DNA from: an uncultured Deinococcaceae bacterium
Lineage (GTDB): Bacteria > Deinococcota > Deinococci > Deinococcales > Deinococcaceae
Length of the DNA: 64,000 bases
Assembly (NCBI GenBank): GCA_964252075.1
Contig: CAXULY010000009.1
Span: 1 to 64,000, forward strand
Reading direction: 5' to 3'
Made by a program: the position numbers and the translations under genes. Shown here in pieces: positions 18,575 through 29,417 of the stretch; position 1 is the first letter of the stretch; each line of letters begins with the position of its first letter. The notes beneath the pieces were generated by a model that saw nothing but the letters and a program-made list of their open reading frames with translations, made no database searches and was not told where the DNA came from.

Positions 18575-19174
18575 TCACTCCCCTCGCCGTGCGCCAGGCG
18601 GCCACAGGCGCGGCCCGACGGGGCCCGCCACGTCGCGCAGGGACACGCTGCCGAAGTACCGGGAGTCCACGCTCTCCCCCACCACGCGGTTGTCCCCCAG
18701 CACGAAAAGGCGGCCTTTCGGCACCGTGACGGGCGCGAAGTCGCTGAGGTCCGCGCCGCTCGCGTAGCGCTCGGTGACCGCGCGGCCATTCACCACGAGG
18801 CGCCCGCCGCTGGCGGCCACGGTGTCGCCCTCCACCGCCACCACGCGCTTGATGAGGTACGGGCGGTACGTCAGCCCGAACAGGCCCGGTTCGTGGCTGT
18901 ACGGACTGTCCGGCGGGCCCTTGAACACCACGATCTGCCCGCGCTGCGGGCATTCGGCGCGCGCACCCCACGCGCACAGCCAGCGGGGGTACTTGAGGAG
19001 CGCGAGGCGGTCGCCGCTGTGCAGGGTGGGGTTCATGCTGTTGCCGTCCACGGTGGCGAGGGTCGCGCCGAAGGTCGTGACGAGCCAGATGGGCAGCGCC
19101 GCACCCAGCACCCACTCGCGCAGGAACCGCTGGAATGCGGGCGGGTGGGCGGGCGCCGGGGCGGTGGGTTCCAT
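18575..19174 (-). CDS. lepB: Signal peptidase I
   Basis: GNSMNPTL (Ser), IKRVVAVEGD (Lys), GDNR..SVDSRYFG. Confidence 0.92.
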   Translation of the reverse strand: MEPTAPAPAHPPAFQRFLREWVLGAALPIWLVTTFGATLATVDGNSMNPTLHSGDRLALLKYPRWLCAWGARAECPQRGQIVVFKGPPDSPYSHEPGLFGLTYRPYLIKRVVAVEGDTVAASGGRLVVNGRAVTERYASGADLSDFAPVTVPKGRLFVLGDNRVVGESVDSRYFGSVSLRDVAGPVGPRLWPPGARRGE

Positions 19175-19276
19175 CACCGCCGCGTCCCCACGGCGGTCAT
19201 GGGCACGCCCGGCGTGACGGTGAGGGGGGCGGTTCCTGGCACGGCGGTCCATGCTAGCGGGCGCGGATGAGGGGCG

Positions 19277-20455
19277 TTACTTCGGGCGCGGGAAGAGGCG
19301 TCCGAACCAGTCGGCGGGTTGCGTCGCCTCGCCGCGCACGCGCATCTCCAAGTGCAGGTGCGGGCCGGTGGAGAGTCCCGTGCTGCCCACCAGCCCGATG
19401 CGCTGCCCGCGCGTGACCCGCTGCCCGACCTTGACGAGCAGTTTGCTCTGGTGGAAGTACAGGCTGATGAGGCCCGCGCCGTGATCGATGGCGACCACGT
19501 TGCCGCGCACCGGGTACTTGCCGGCCAGCACCACCGTGCCGTCGTTCACGGCGGTGATGGGCGTCCCGACGGGCGCGGGGTAATCCGCGCCGTAGTGGTA
19601 CTTCACGGGCTGACCCGCCACGTAGGTGCGGTTCTGCCCGAAGCTGCCGGGGATGACGCGGGCCTGCACGGCCGGTTGGAACGGCAGGTCCCAGGCCTGC
19701 GGCGTGCGGCGCGCGTAGGCCTGCTCGACCAGGGCCTCCTCCGCCTTCCGCCCGGGGTCCACCAGTTTGTCCGCGATGGCCTTCGGGAGGTTGAGGGGCA
19801 CCACGGAGCCGCGCCCAATGTCGCCCGCCACGACGGGAATGCGGGCGCGCGTGGTCTTGCCGTCCACCTGGACGGTGTACACGATGGGGGTCTTCTTGCC
19901 CAGCACCACGCGGCCCAGCACCACGTACTCGCCCGCCGCGCCGATGGGCGTGAGGGCTTCGGCGGGCCTGCGCACGTCCTCGCCCACCTCGGAGGTGAAG
20001 CGCACGCGCGCCTGCCCGGCGCGCGCGCCGCTGAGCCGCAGCACGAAGGCGTCCCCCATTTCCGCGCGGAAGGGCGCCACGACCGTCACGCCGTTCACCA
20101 CGAAGATGTTCCCGCTGGTGTTCGGGGCGGCGCTGGCGGTGCCCGCCGAGGAGGCCGCGCTGGTCCCCAAGGCCGGGGCGGCGGGCTTGGCGGGTGTGAT
20201 GGTCACCTGCCCCGCCACCTGTGGCACGCGCAGCACCTGCCCGACCGAGATGCCCGCGTCACTCAGGTTGTTGAGGGCCTGCAGGCGCTCGACGGTGGTG
20301 CCGACGCGGCGGGCGATGGCGTACAGCGTGTCGCCCGTCTGCACGGTGTAAGTGCCCGACTGGGCGGCGCTGGTGGCCTGGGTGGGGGCGGGCGTGGGGG
20401 CGGCGGCCTGGGCGGCGCTGAGGAGGAGCGAGAGCGCGACGGCGCGGAATCTCAT
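19277..20455 (-). CDS. LysM + M23 peptidoglycan peptidase
   Basis: YTVQTGDTLYAIA LysM; HYGADY, YFHQS, GPHLHLE. Confidence 0.92.
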   Translation of the reverse strand: MRFRAVALSLLLSAAQAAAPTPAPTQATSAAQSGTYTVQTGDTLYAIARRVGTTVERLQALNNLSDAGISVGQVLRVPQVAGQVTITPAKPAAPALGTSAASSAGTASAAPNTSGNIFVVNGVTVVAPFRAEMGDAFVLRLSGARAGQARVRFTSEVGEDVRRPAEALTPIGAAGEYVVLGRVVLGKKTPIVYTVQVDGKTTRARIPVVAGDIGRGSVVPLNLPKAIADKLVDPGRKAEEALVEQAYARRTPQAWDLPFQPAVQARVIPGSFGQNRTYVAGQPVKYHYGADYPAPVGTPITAVNDGTVVLAGKYPVRGNVVAIDHGAGLISLYFHQSKLLVKVGQRVTRGQRIGLVGSTGLSTGPHLHLEMRVRGEATQPADWFGRLFPRPK

Positions 20456-20582
20456 GACTCACACCATAGGGGCGGGAGATGAGATTCGGGCGTGCCTGCG
20501 CCCCCTGCTGGCGCGGCTTGAGCGCGCCTGAACGACCCCGCTTGGGCGTGAAGTGGTGGGACCCAGAGCGTAGACGCCACCC

Positions 20583-21029
20583 TCACGCCTGCGCGGTGTC
20601 CAGCACGATGGTGACGGGGCCGTCGTTCACGAGGGCCACCTGCATGTCCGCGCCGAACTCGCCTTCCTGCACGTCCACGCTGTGCGCGCGCAGGGCGGCG
20701 TTGAAGGCCTGGTACAGGGCGAGGCCCTGTTCGGGCCGCGCGGCGTCCGTGAAGCTCGGTCGGTTGCCGCGCCTGGTGTCGGCGTACAGGGTGAACTGGC
20801 TGACGGACAGCGCGGCGCCGCCCACGTCCGTCAGGGCGAGGTTCATTTTGCCGTCGTCGTCCGAGAAGATGCGCAGGCGCGCGATCTTTCCGGCGAGCGC
20901 GTGCGCGGTCGCGGCGTCGTCCGTGGGGGCCACGCCCAGCAGGATCAGCAGGCCGCGTCCGATCTCGCCCGTGACGCGTTCACCGACCGTGACGCGCGCC
21001 GAGCGGACGCGCTGCAGCACGGCTTTCAC
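20583..21029 (-). CDS. dtd: D-aminoacyl-tRNA deacylase
   Basis: MKAVLQRV, SQFTL, GNRPSF, NDGPVT. Confidence 0.95.
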   Translation of the reverse strand: MKAVLQRVRSARVTVGERVTGEIGRGLLILLGVAPTDDAATAHALAGKIARLRIFSDDDGKMNLALTDVGGAALSVSQFTLYADTRRGNRPSFTDAARPEQGLALYQAFNAALRAHSVDVQEGEFGADMQVALVNDGPVTIVLDTAQA

Positions 21030-21089
21030 GCCCGTACTCCCGTGAGTACGAAGCTCACTATATATATGGTGTGTACGGCGCTCACGGGA

Positions 21090-21353
21090 TCAGGCGTCGG
21101 CAAGCCGGGCGCGCAAGTCCGCGACCGCGCTGGACAGCAGCTCGGCTTCCGTGAGGTCCAGGTTGCCGCGCGTCTTCTCGGCCAGCATCAGGAGCAGGTT
21201 CAGGCTGCGCTCGGCGGCCCGGCGGGCGTGCGCCGAGTCGGCCATCAGGCCGTCCTGGCGCGCCCGGGCGGTCATGGCGTTCTGGTCCCCCAGCGCCGCT
21301 TCGGCGGTGGCCAGCAGCGAGTTCACGAGACCGACAAAATCCGGGTGGGGCAT
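21090..21353 (-). CDS. DUF1844-like small protein
   Basis: LLMLAEKTRGNL motif; leaderless TATGCT box. Confidence 0.75.
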   Translation of the reverse strand: MPHPDFVGLVNSLLATAEAALGDQNAMTARARQDGLMADSAHARRAAERSLNLLLMLAEKTRGNLDLTEAELLSSAVADLRARLADA

Positions 21354-21381
21354 GCGCCGAGCATAGCGCCCGCCCCACGCG

Positions 21382-22020
21382 TCAGCCGAACAGGCTCCCC
21401 TGCGGGGCGTCCGCGTCCGTGGCGGCGAGCGGGTCCTGACCGTCCAGCGCCGCGCGCACCGCGCGGATGTCCTGCCACGTGAGGCTCTTCGGGCCGCCCT
21501 TCGCGCGGGTGTCGTTGCGCAGCAGGTACGCGGGGTGAAACATGGGGAGCAGCGGCGCCTCCCAGGCGCCGTCCCGCTGACGGTAGCGCCGCCACTGGCC
21601 GCGCGCGCGCGTGATGCCCAGGCGGCTGCCGGTGAGGTGCTGCGTCGGCACGTTCCCGAGGGTCACGATGACCTTCGGGCGCAGCAGCGCAAGCTGCGGT
21701 TGCAGCCACAGGTCCGTGCAGGTCTCGATCTCGTCCGGTTCGGGCGCGCGGTTGGCGGGCGGGCGGCACTTCACGATGTTCGTGATGTACGTGTCGCGCG
21801 CGCGGTCCAGCCCGACGGCCCGCAGGATCAGGTCGAGCAGCTGCCCAGCGCGCCCTACAAAGGGCAGGCCCAGGCGGTCCTCTTCCCCGCCGGGGCCCTC
21901 TCCGATGATCAGCAGGGGCGCGTCCGGGTGACCGTCCGCAACCACCACCTGCTGGCAGGAGGCGCGCAGGCGGCAGGCGGTGCAGGCGCGGGCGGCGTCG
22001 GCGAGCGCCTGGAGGGTCAT
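21382..22020 (-). CDS. Uracil-DNA glycosylase family 4 (Fe-S)
   Basis: [32 protein letters not shown]. Confidence 0.92.
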   Translation of the reverse strand: MTLQALADAARACTACRLRASCQQVVVADGHPDAPLLIIGEGPGGEEDRLGLPFVGRAGQLLDLILRAVGLDRARDTYITNIVKCRPPANRAPEPDEIETCTDLWLQPQLALLRPKVIVTLGNVPTQHLTGSRLGITRARGQWRRYRQRDGAWEAPLLPMFHPAYLLRNDTRAKGGPKSLTWQDIRAVRAALDGQDPLAATDADAPQGSLFG

Positions 22021-22382
22021 TCCTCCAGTTTGGGCCGCGCGCCGCGCGCCTCGCGGCGCCGCTTGGGGTCCAGGCCCACCATCAGGAAGAAGTTCTCCAG
22101 GGCGTTCTCCTGCCCCTTGATTTCCGGGTGCGTGTGTTCGGGCGTGCCGGTCACGAAAGGCAGGGTTTTGTACAGGTCCAGGGCGTAGCTCAGCACGTCG
22201 TCGGGCCCCACCTGCTCGGATTTGCTGGCGAGGTCGGCGTACACCGCGCGCCGGGCTTCGGCGTGCACGCGAAACGCCTCCGGATCGGGGGTCTCGGGGG
22301 CGCGAAGGAGGTCCTGTCTGGCGATGCGGCGGTAATGCTTCAGGCCGTCTTGGATCTGCTGGGTGGACAACACTTCCTTCAT
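22017..22382 (-). CDS. Conserved hypothetical protein
   Basis: AGGAGG RBS; coupled to the UDG gene. Confidence 0.75.
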   Translation of the reverse strand: MKEVLSTQQIQDGLKHYRRIARQDLLRAPETPDPEAFRVHAEARRAVYADLASKSEQVGPDDVLSYALDLYKTLPFVTGTPEHTHPEIKGQENALENFFLMVGLDPKRRREARGARPKLEE

Positions 22383-22500
22383 CCCGTAAACCTCCTGGCA
22401 CCGAAAGTGCCGCCAGTATACGCGCTCGCTGCGCCGATACCACTGCCCTCATCAAATTTTCGCCCCCGTAGGGCTGAAAAAATGATCGCATTGCATAAAA

Positions 22501-22516
22501 TATGAGAACGCTCACA
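22501..22516. promoter_or_regulatory. CRP/DdrI-like site in an AT-rich divergent intergenic region
   Basis: TATGA-N6-TCACA, one mismatch to TGTGA-N6-TCACA. Confidence 0.4.
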
Positions 22517-22720
22517 TGTATGACGTTGCAGGAACGACGCGCTGGAGCGCCAGAAACGCTGCTTTGATGGAATTTTCACGTATGGCAATTGTGAGATTAT
22601 GCTTTAAAGAATGGTCCCGAGGCGGTGGATAAAAACCGTATAGGCGCATAAAAAGTGAGGCTTCGATCAAGGATTAAGGACAAATGAGCATGCGCTTGGT
22701 ATGCTGCCCGGCAGTTCCTT

Positions 22721-23383
22721 ATGACATTGATCAGGTTTCTTCCCCTTGCCTTCATGGTGCTGAGCGTGACCGCCTCCGCCGCCACCTACACCGTCAAGCC
22801 TGGCGACACCCTGTACTCCATCGCCAAGAGCAATCACCTCGACCCCGTCGCGCTGATGAAGCTCAACAAGCTGCCCAGCAGCACCATCCAGGTCGGCCAG
22901 AACCTGAACGTCGGCGGCGCCCCCAAGGCCGCCACCGCGCCCAGCAAGCCCGCAGCGCCCAAGGCGAGCGCCGCTCCTGCCCCCAGGGTCGCCGCCGCGC
23001 CCAGCAGCCAGGACGGCACCATCCGCGCGGCCGCGTTCCGTTACCTGAACATCCCCTACCGCCTCGGCGGCGTGGGGAACGGCGGCATTGACTGCAGCGG
23101 CTACACCCGCGCGGTGTACCAGCAGCTTGGCGTGAACCTCCCGCGCACCGCCCGCGCGCAGTACGGCGCCGGCACGCCCGTCTCGCAGAGCCAGTTGCGG
23201 ACGGGCGATCTGGTGTTTTTCAACACCATGGGGAGTGGCGTGTCGCACGTCGGCATCTACATGGGCGGCGGGCAGTTCACGAACGCGAACAGCTACTACG
23301 GCCACACCATGCTGGAGAAGCTCTCCAACCCCTACTGGGCGAACCGCTTCGTCGGCGCGCGCCGCGTCCTGCACGACAACTGA
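22721..23383 (+). CDS. LysM + NlpC/P60 cell-wall peptidase
   Basis: [27 protein letters not shown]. Confidence 0.93.
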   Translation: MTLIRFLPLAFMVLSVTASAATYTVKPGDTLYSIAKSNHLDPVALMKLNKLPSSTIQVGQNLNVGGAPKAATAPSKPAAPKASAAPAPRVAAAPSSQDGTIRAAAFRYLNIPYRLGGVGNGGIDCSGYTRAVYQQLGVNLPRTARAQYGAGTPVSQSQLRTGDLVFFNTMGSGVSHVGIYMGGGQFTNANSYYGHTMLEKLSNPYWANRFVGARRVLHDN

Positions 23384-23469
23384 CGGGAAGGGCCGGGCAC
23401 CTGACGCCCCACAAGGAACGCAGAGGCAGCGGTCCCGGCGCACCGGGACCGCTGCCTCTGTTCATTCGC

Positions 23470-24126
23470 TCAGCGCTTGATGACCTGCGCGTCCCGGGGG
23501 AGCGCCTTGAGCTTCGCGGCGCTGAGGCCCGCGTTCACCTTGTAGTTCGTGATGTTCAGGTCGGCCGCCACCTGGTTGCCGTCCCCGAGGACCTGCACGC
23601 GCACCGGGCGCCATCCCTGGTCGCTGATCCACACGCGGCTGCGGCCACCCGCGCCGTTCTTCGGCGTGGCCTCCAGCTGGTACAGCTTGCCCGCGCCGTC
23701 CTGCGTGGTGCCCACAAGCTTCACGTCGTACCGGCCCTTCAGGCTGGCCGTCAGGTCCGTGAACTGCGAGAAGTCGAGGTTCATGCCGGACTGCGCGGCG
23801 GCCCGGTTGACCGTCTGCACCGTCACCTGGTTGGTCAGGAAGAGGTAGTTGTAGACGGTGTTCTTGTCCACCACCACCACGTTGTCCGCGACGGCGTCAG
23901 GGGCGTTGAAGTTCACGCGCACGAGGCCCTGCGCGGGGATGGACTGCACGTCCAGGTCAAGTTTCTGGGCGCCCCCATTGAAGCTGGCGTTGCCGGTCAC
24001 CTTGAAGCTCACGTCCTTGGCGGCCTTCTGCGCGGCGTCCACGCGGGACACCACGTCGTCGGCGGTCTGAGCTGAAGCGGTCGCCACGAGGGCGGCGGTC
24101 AGGCTGGCGAACAGGAGTCTCTTCAT
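23470..24126 (-). CDS. LolA-like outer-membrane lipoprotein carrier
   Basis: Signal peptide; LolA-type beta pattern; ends LPRDAQVIKR. Confidence 0.75.
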   Translation of the reverse strand: MKRLLFASLTAALVATASAQTADDVVSRVDAAQKAAKDVSFKVTGNASFNGGAQKLDLDVQSIPAQGLVRVNFNAPDAVADNVVVVDKNTVYNYLFLTNQVTVQTVNRAAAQSGMNLDFSQFTDLTASLKGRYDVKLVGTTQDGAGKLYQLEATPKNGAGGRSRVWISDQGWRPVRVQVLGDGNQVAADLNITNYKVNAGLSAAKLKALPRDAQVIKR

Positions 24127-24203
24127 CAGCCGCAGTATCGCGTCCAGGGCAGTGAGAAGGCCGTCACCTCGCTGACGAAGGGCTCATCGCCCCGCGGGCG
24201 CGC

Positions 24204-25070
24204 TCACTCTCCGCTGCCCCCCAGCGGCAGGCTGTACGCGGCGCGCACGCCCACCCCGCCCGTTCCGCCCTGAACGCCCAGCCCGAGCGTGCCGGGCCCG
24301 GCGTTCAGGGTGGCGCTCGCACCGTACCGGGTGGGCAGTGCGTCGGTGCGCCACGGCTCGTACGCCGCGTACAGGCGCAGGCCCGTGCCGTCCCCCAGCG
24401 CGTCCGCGATGTTCAGGCTCCCCACGACGCCCGCGCTGTGCGGTCCGAGCAGGGCGTCGGCGCTCAGGGTGGCGCTGTCCGTGAGGGGCAGCGTGACGCC
24501 CGCCGTGAGGCCAAAGACCTGCGACCCGCCTCGTATGCCGCCGCGGTACGTCAGGCCGCCCGAGCGGACCTCCAGGCCCGCCGCGAGGGTCTGCTGGTAC
24601 CCCAGCACCCCACGCCCGGTCAGCACCAGCGTGCGGTTCAGGCGGTAGCGGGCGGTGAGGTCCGCGCGCGCGCCCGCGCCGCTCGGGTCCGTGCCCGCTT
24701 CATCCCACACGCTCAGCGGGTCCACGCTCGCCGCGGGCGCCGTCCAGAGCCCCAGCGCGGCATTCACGGCGAGCGGCCCCAGGGCGCCGTCCGCGGTGGC
24801 GTTCAGGCGCACGCCCGCGCCGTACGCGAGGGCGGCGCCCACACCCGCCTGCAGGCTCCCCACGGCGGGCAGGTCCAGGCCGTTCGAGAAGCGCGCGTCC
24901 AGCGCGCGGTTGGATACCCCCAGGTCGAGCGTCCCGCCCGCCAGATCGAGGCCCGCCACGCCCGCGCGGGCGGTGGGGGAAGTGCTCAGCGAGAAGTTCA
25001 GGTTCGCGGCAGCCGCGGGCCCCAGGCCCAGCGCCGCGCACAGCAGAAGGCCACAGGGCACGCGCGTCAT
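24204..25070 (-). CDS. Exported hypothetical protein, probable beta-barrel
   Basis: Signal peptide, alternating G/A/L strands; leaderless TACGCT box. Confidence 0.65.
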   Translation of the reverse strand: MTRVPCGLLLCAALGLGPAAAANLNFSLSTSPTARAGVAGLDLAGGTLDLGVSNRALDARFSNGLDLPAVGSLQAGVGAALAYGAGVRLNATADGALGPLAVNAALGLWTAPAASVDPLSVWDEAGTDPSGAGARADLTARYRLNRTLVLTGRGVLGYQQTLAAGLEVRSGGLTYRGGIRGGSQVFGLTAGVTLPLTDSATLSADALLGPHSAGVVGSLNIADALGDGTGLRLYAAYEPWRTDALPTRYGASATLNAGPGTLGLGVQGGTGGVGVRAAYSLPLGGSGE

Positions 25071-25202
25071 GGCGGTGAGCGTAGCAAGTGCGCGCGCGGC
25101 GCACGGTATGGTGCGGCCCAAGACAGGTTGAGACAGCCGGCATGAGGCGCGCGTCAGGCGGCCCACGCCCGCCGTTCAGGCGGCTCTGCTACGCTGCGCG
25201 GC

Positions 25203-25697
25203 ATGAAACGCCTGTGGTTCGTGTTCATCGCCGCGCTGGTGCTGGTCCTGGCCGCCTGCGCGCCCCGCACCTTGTCCCTGGAAGTCCCTACCTACCAGGT
25301 GGAAGGCATTCGCTTCGCGCGGCTGGACCTGCCCGGCCCGGGCTCGCCCGCGCAGGCGGTGCTGAACCTGAACCTGCGCGTGCAGAACCCCAACGCGGTG
25401 GGGCTGCGCGTGGCGAACATCAATGGGCAGCTGCTGCTGGACGGCGTGGACGTCGGGCAGTTGGACCTCCCGGACGTGGAGTTGCCCGCGCGCGGCGAGG
25501 CGCGGCAGTTGGCGGTCGTGACGGTGCCCATCAGCCTCTCGAACCTCGGGGAGTTCGTGAAGGTGGCGCGCGGGGACCGCGTGGCGCTGCGCGTGGACGG
25601 CAGCTTCACGGTGAACGCCGGCTTCCTGGGCCGCCCGGTGTTCGGGCCCTTCACGCTGTTCCAGGGCCTCATCCAGAACCGCCAGCTGGTGAAGTGA
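25203..25697 (+). CDS. LEA type 2 / WHy-domain lipoprotein
   Basis: LAAC lipobox; LRVQNPNAVGL. Confidence 0.85.
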   Translation: MKRLWFVFIAALVLVLAACAPRTLSLEVPTYQVEGIRFARLDLPGPGSPAQAVLNLNLRVQNPNAVGLRVANINGQLLLDGVDVGQLDLPDVELPARGEARQLAVVTVPISLSNLGEFVKVARGDRVALRVDGSFTVNAGFLGRPVFGPFTLFQGLIQNRQLVK

Positions 25698-25746
25698 GGT
25701 AAACGGGAGGGGGCGGCGCGTGACGCGCCGCCCCCTCCCGTTTGGT

Positions 25747-26160
25747 CTACAGCAGGAAGCCGTGCAGGGGCGCGTCGGTCGTGAAGCGCACCCAGGCGCC
25801 CGGCTCGGGCAGCGGGCGTGCGCCGGACAGCACCAGCGGCAGGCGCGCCCGCACGACCAGCGTGCCGCGCTCCGCCGCGACCACCACGCCCACGCCCTCC
25901 ACCGCCGAGACGCCCAGCACGCTGAGCTGCTCGTCCTGCGCCTCCACGGCCTCCAGCTGCTGCAGCACCCCGCTCACCAGCACGCGCGCGGGGCCGGGCC
26001 GCACGGCGTACGGCCCGGAGCGGTCCAGCAGGTACAGCACCCGCCCGCCGCTGGAGAACTCCATCAGCGGTGAGCCCTCGGGCTGCGCGTACAGGGTGCC
26101 CGTGGCGGCGTGCGCGCGGTGGCGCTGCACGAAGTCCTCGGGTGAGGTCTCGATGGTCAC
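25747..26160 (-). CDS. Hypothetical protein
   Basis: Leaderless TACACT box 7 nt before GTG 26160. Confidence 0.65.
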   Translation of the reverse strand: MTIETSPEDFVQRHRAHAATGTLYAQPEGSPLMEFSSGGRVLYLLDRSGPYAVRPGPARVLVSGVLQQLEAVEAQDEQLSVLGVSAVEGVGVVVAAERGTLVVRARLPLVLSGARPLPEPGAWVRFTTDAPLHGFLL

Positions 26161-26250
26161 GCCGGGCAGTGTAGCGCGACCGGCGGGCCCCTCACGCCGC
26201 GCGTGGGCGGGACTGAGGGGCAGCACCGCTGCCCCTCAGTGCGCGCCAGC

Positions 26251-27270
26251 TCAGTGGGAGATCTGGTCGAAGTCCATGAACTCCGCGCGCAGGCCGCCCG
26301 GCACGCCGCGCACAATGACACTCACGGCGTCGTGGCTGTGCAGCGACTCCATGTGCGAGCACGCCACGCGGAAGTCCTTGAGGCGCGCGTCCGCCGCGAG
26401 CTGCTCGTAGATGAGGCGCGCGGCGTCCTCCACGAACTTCACGAAGGCGCCGTTCAGTTCCGCGAAGGCCTGCTCGTCCTCGCGCTTCACCATCACCTGC
26501 GTCTCGGTCTTGAGGGCCTCGCGCAGCTTCTCCACGAGTTCCTCCACGCTGATGGTGCGGCCCTCCTGCAACTCCACCTTCACGCGCGCGCGGCTGCGCT
26601 GGCTGTGCGGGATGGCATAGGCGCCGCGCACGTCCCGCGCGTGCTCCGCGAGCTCCGCGCTGCATGGGCAGGCGCTGGAGTACACGAAGTCCAGCTCCAC
26701 GAAGCGCTGCGCGGTGCCGTCCGCGTGCAGGACCGCCTCGTAACTCACGGCGTAGTACTGGTACCCAGCGAGGCCGCTGCGCAGGCTGGGCACCAGCATG
26801 GGGTACTGGAAACTCACTTTCAGGCGCGCGTGCAGGCCCCCGACCTCCTCGCGGTAGGCGCGCACAATGTCCAAGAGCGTGTCGGGCGTGAAGGGCCCCT
26901 CGCTGCGCGCGTAGAAGCTGCGGATGATGCGGCTCATGTTGATGCCCTTGCTGTTCGCTTCCAGGGACACCGTGCCCGTCACGCGCGCCTCGAGCGTCAT
27001 GCTTTGACCCTCGCGCGTGCGGACGCTGAGCGGCAGGCGGAAGCCGCTGATGCCGACCTGCTGGATGGCCACGTTGGCGCCCAGCACGCTGTCCACCGTC
27101 TCGGTCATGTCGGGCAGGGTCGCGATGTACGCGGCGTCCGGCCGGAAGTTCACATCGTAGGCGCGCGTGATGGCCGGGACGGGGCTGACCGGCGTGGGGA
27201 ACAGGTAGGCCTTCTTGGGCACGAGTTTCGTGCCGAGCGCCGTCAGCTGCGGATCGAGGATTTTCGTCAT
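26251..27270 (-). CDS. folE2: GTP cyclohydrolase IB
   Basis: [35 protein letters not shown]. Confidence 0.93.
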   Translation of the reverse strand: MTKILDPQLTALGTKLVPKKAYLFPTPVSPVPAITRAYDVNFRPDAAYIATLPDMTETVDSVLGANVAIQQVGISGFRLPLSVRTREGQSMTLEARVTGTVSLEANSKGINMSRIIRSFYARSEGPFTPDTLLDIVRAYREEVGGLHARLKVSFQYPMLVPSLRSGLAGYQYYAVSYEAVLHADGTAQRFVELDFVYSSACPCSAELAEHARDVRGAYAIPHSQRSRARVKVELQEGRTISVEELVEKLREALKTETQVMVKREDEQAFAELNGAFVKFVEDAARLIYEQLAADARLKDFRVACSHMESLHSHDAVSVIVRGVPGGLRAEFMDFDQISH

Positions 27271-27597
27271 GGTCCCTCACTTTCGGGGGCGATGGTCCTC
27301 CCTGCCAGCAACCTCGAAGAGTCTGGCAGCGCCGTGCGGCGTGGGGCAGAACGTCAATCGTCCCGGTGGCTGGGGCGTCGAGCGCCCCGGCGCTTTAAAA
27401 CATAGAGCGCGACCGTGGGCAGGACTGTGCGAAGCCGTACCCCTCAGGCACAGTTCATGTCAGCTGCGCTACAGGCGCGCGTCCATAGGTGGAGCGCCGC
27501 CGACAGCAGGGCGTCACTGAAGCGCGCCTCAGGCCACGCCCACAGAAAAGAGCGCGGCCGGGGGACTTCAGGTCCCCCCGGCCGCGCCCGCCGCGCG

Positions 27598-29334
27598 TCA
27601 GTCCTTGCTGGTGGTGTAGTAGTAGTCGCCGCTGAACATGGGGTTGTTCAGGCGGCCCTTCACGCTGTCGCGCTGCACGGTGTACGCGATGGTCTGGTAC
27701 AGCGGGATTTCCGCCACGTCATTGAAGCCGATCTGCTCGATCTGCTGGTACAGGTCGTCGCGCGCCTCGGGGTCCTCGGTGGCGACCGCCTGCGAGATCA
27801 GCTTGTCGAGCGCGGGGTTCTTGTAGCTGATGTTCTGCGGGTACGTGCCGCTGGACGCCAGCAGCGGCTGCGCGAAGTTGTGCGGGTCGGCGTAATCCGC
27901 CTGCCAGCCCGCGAACCACACGGAGCCGCGGCCCGCCGCGCCGTCCGCGAGGATCTGCGAGAACTGCGCCTCGCGCACGTCCACGTGGAACTTCGGGTTC
28001 AGCGACTCGACACTGCGCTTGAGCAGCTCGGCGGCCTTCTGGCGGTTGGCGTTGCCGCTGTTGAAGTACACGGGCACCGTGAAGCCGGTCGTCCAGACCT
28101 TGCCGCCCCAGGCCTTCTTGAAGGCCGCGGTGGCCGCCGCCTTGTCGAAGGTGTACTTCAGGGTATTGCTGTAGCCCTGCAGGCCCTTGATGAGCACGGT
28201 GTTCGTCTGGATGCCCGCGCCGAGCAGCTGGTCCTTGATGTAGCCCTGGTAGTCGAAGCTCGCCGCGAAGGCCTTGCGGACGTTGAGGTCGCTGAAGAAG
28301 TTCGCGGGGATGCCCTTCTCCGACAGCGCGCCGCCGCCGAGCTTGGCGGGATCCTTGATGTTGTAGTTCATCAGCATGACGCCCAGCGTCAGGGTCGGCA
28401 CGTTGTCGCGCACCGTGACGCCCTGCAGGCCCTTGAACTGCGAGAGCACGTTGCGGGGGTAGGCGCCCACCAGGATCTGGTCGGCGTCGCCGGTCTTGAG
28501 GAGCTGCACGGCGGTGGCGGGTTCGTCCACCTTCTTGATGACCACGGTCGCGAGCTTGGCGGGGTCGCGCCAGTACTTGTCGTTGCGCTTCAGGATGACC
28601 TGCGAGGCCTTGTCGTAGCGGCTCAGCACGAAGGGCGCGCTGCCCACGGGCGGCGCGTTCAGGAACTTGGAGTTCGCGGCGTCCGCGCCGTTGAACTGCG
28701 TCCAGGTGCCCTCGCTGCCGTCCCACTCGCCGGCCTTCGCGGACGCGGCCTTGCTGTACACCGCGGACACCGGGTGCGCGAGGATGCCCGTGAAGGGCGC
28801 GAAGGGCTTCGCGAGGTGGAACACCACGGTGCTCTGGTCGGGCGTCTGGATGGCCTGGTCGAGCTTCGCGTAGGCGCCCGTGTCGGTCTTGGCGATGAAG
28901 TCCGCGCTGCCCGTGAGGGGCTCCAGCAGCAGGGCGGCGGCGCCGTCCGCGGCGCTCATCAGCATGACGCGCATGAGGCTGTACTTCACGTCCGCGGCGG
29001 TGACGGGCGTGCCGTCGCTGAATTTCGCGTTGGTGTTGAGCTTCACGGTGTAGGTGCGGCCGCCGTCCGAGACGGTCGGCATGCCCTGGGCCAGCAGCGG
29101 GTCGAAGGTGCTGGGGCTCTCCCCTTTCGGGAAGTACAGGGTCTCCAGGGTGTTCTGCAGCACCTCGCCGCAGGCGGTGTCGTAGCAGTGCGCCGGGTCG
29201 AAACCCGTCCAGTCCCCGATGGTGAGGCTCACGAGGGCGTCTTGGTTCTTGGGGGCACCACCGCAGGCGGCGAGCAGGCCGCCCATCAGCACGCAGGCGC
29301 TGAGCGCCAGGGGTTTAGACCGAGTCCAAATCAT
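27598..29334 (-). CDS. Peptide ABC transporter substrate-binding lipoprotein (family 5), stand-alone
   Basis: LAAC lipobox; FSDGTPVTAADV; GWQADYADP. Confidence 0.9.
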   Translation of the reverse strand: MIWTRSKPLALSACVLMGGLLAACGGAPKNQDALVSLTIGDWTGFDPAHCYDTACGEVLQNTLETLYFPKGESPSTFDPLLAQGMPTVSDGGRTYTVKLNTNAKFSDGTPVTAADVKYSLMRVMLMSAADGAAALLLEPLTGSADFIAKTDTGAYAKLDQAIQTPDQSTVVFHLAKPFAPFTGILAHPVSAVYSKAASAKAGEWDGSEGTWTQFNGADAANSKFLNAPPVGSAPFVLSRYDKASQVILKRNDKYWRDPAKLATVVIKKVDEPATAVQLLKTGDADQILVGAYPRNVLSQFKGLQGVTVRDNVPTLTLGVMLMNYNIKDPAKLGGGALSEKGIPANFFSDLNVRKAFAASFDYQGYIKDQLLGAGIQTNTVLIKGLQGYSNTLKYTFDKAAATAAFKKAWGGKVWTTGFTVPVYFNSGNANRQKAAELLKRSVESLNPKFHVDVREAQFSQILADGAAGRGSVWFAGWQADYADPHNFAQPLLASSGTYPQNISYKNPALDKLISQAVATEDPEARDDLYQQIEQIGFNDVAEIPLYQTIAYTVQRDSVKGRLNNPMFSGDYYYTTSKD

Positions 29335-29417
29335 CAGATAAGTATGCCCCTGGAGCCTGACCCCAGGGTGACCAGGGGGTGAAGAAGCCGTGAGGAACGG
29401 CGTGCTATACCCGCTGC

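Noticed and set aside
27270..27410. Riboswitch upstream of folE2
   Set aside because: Hairpins are present, but I cannot recognise ZTP or THF consensus elements; needs an Rfam search.
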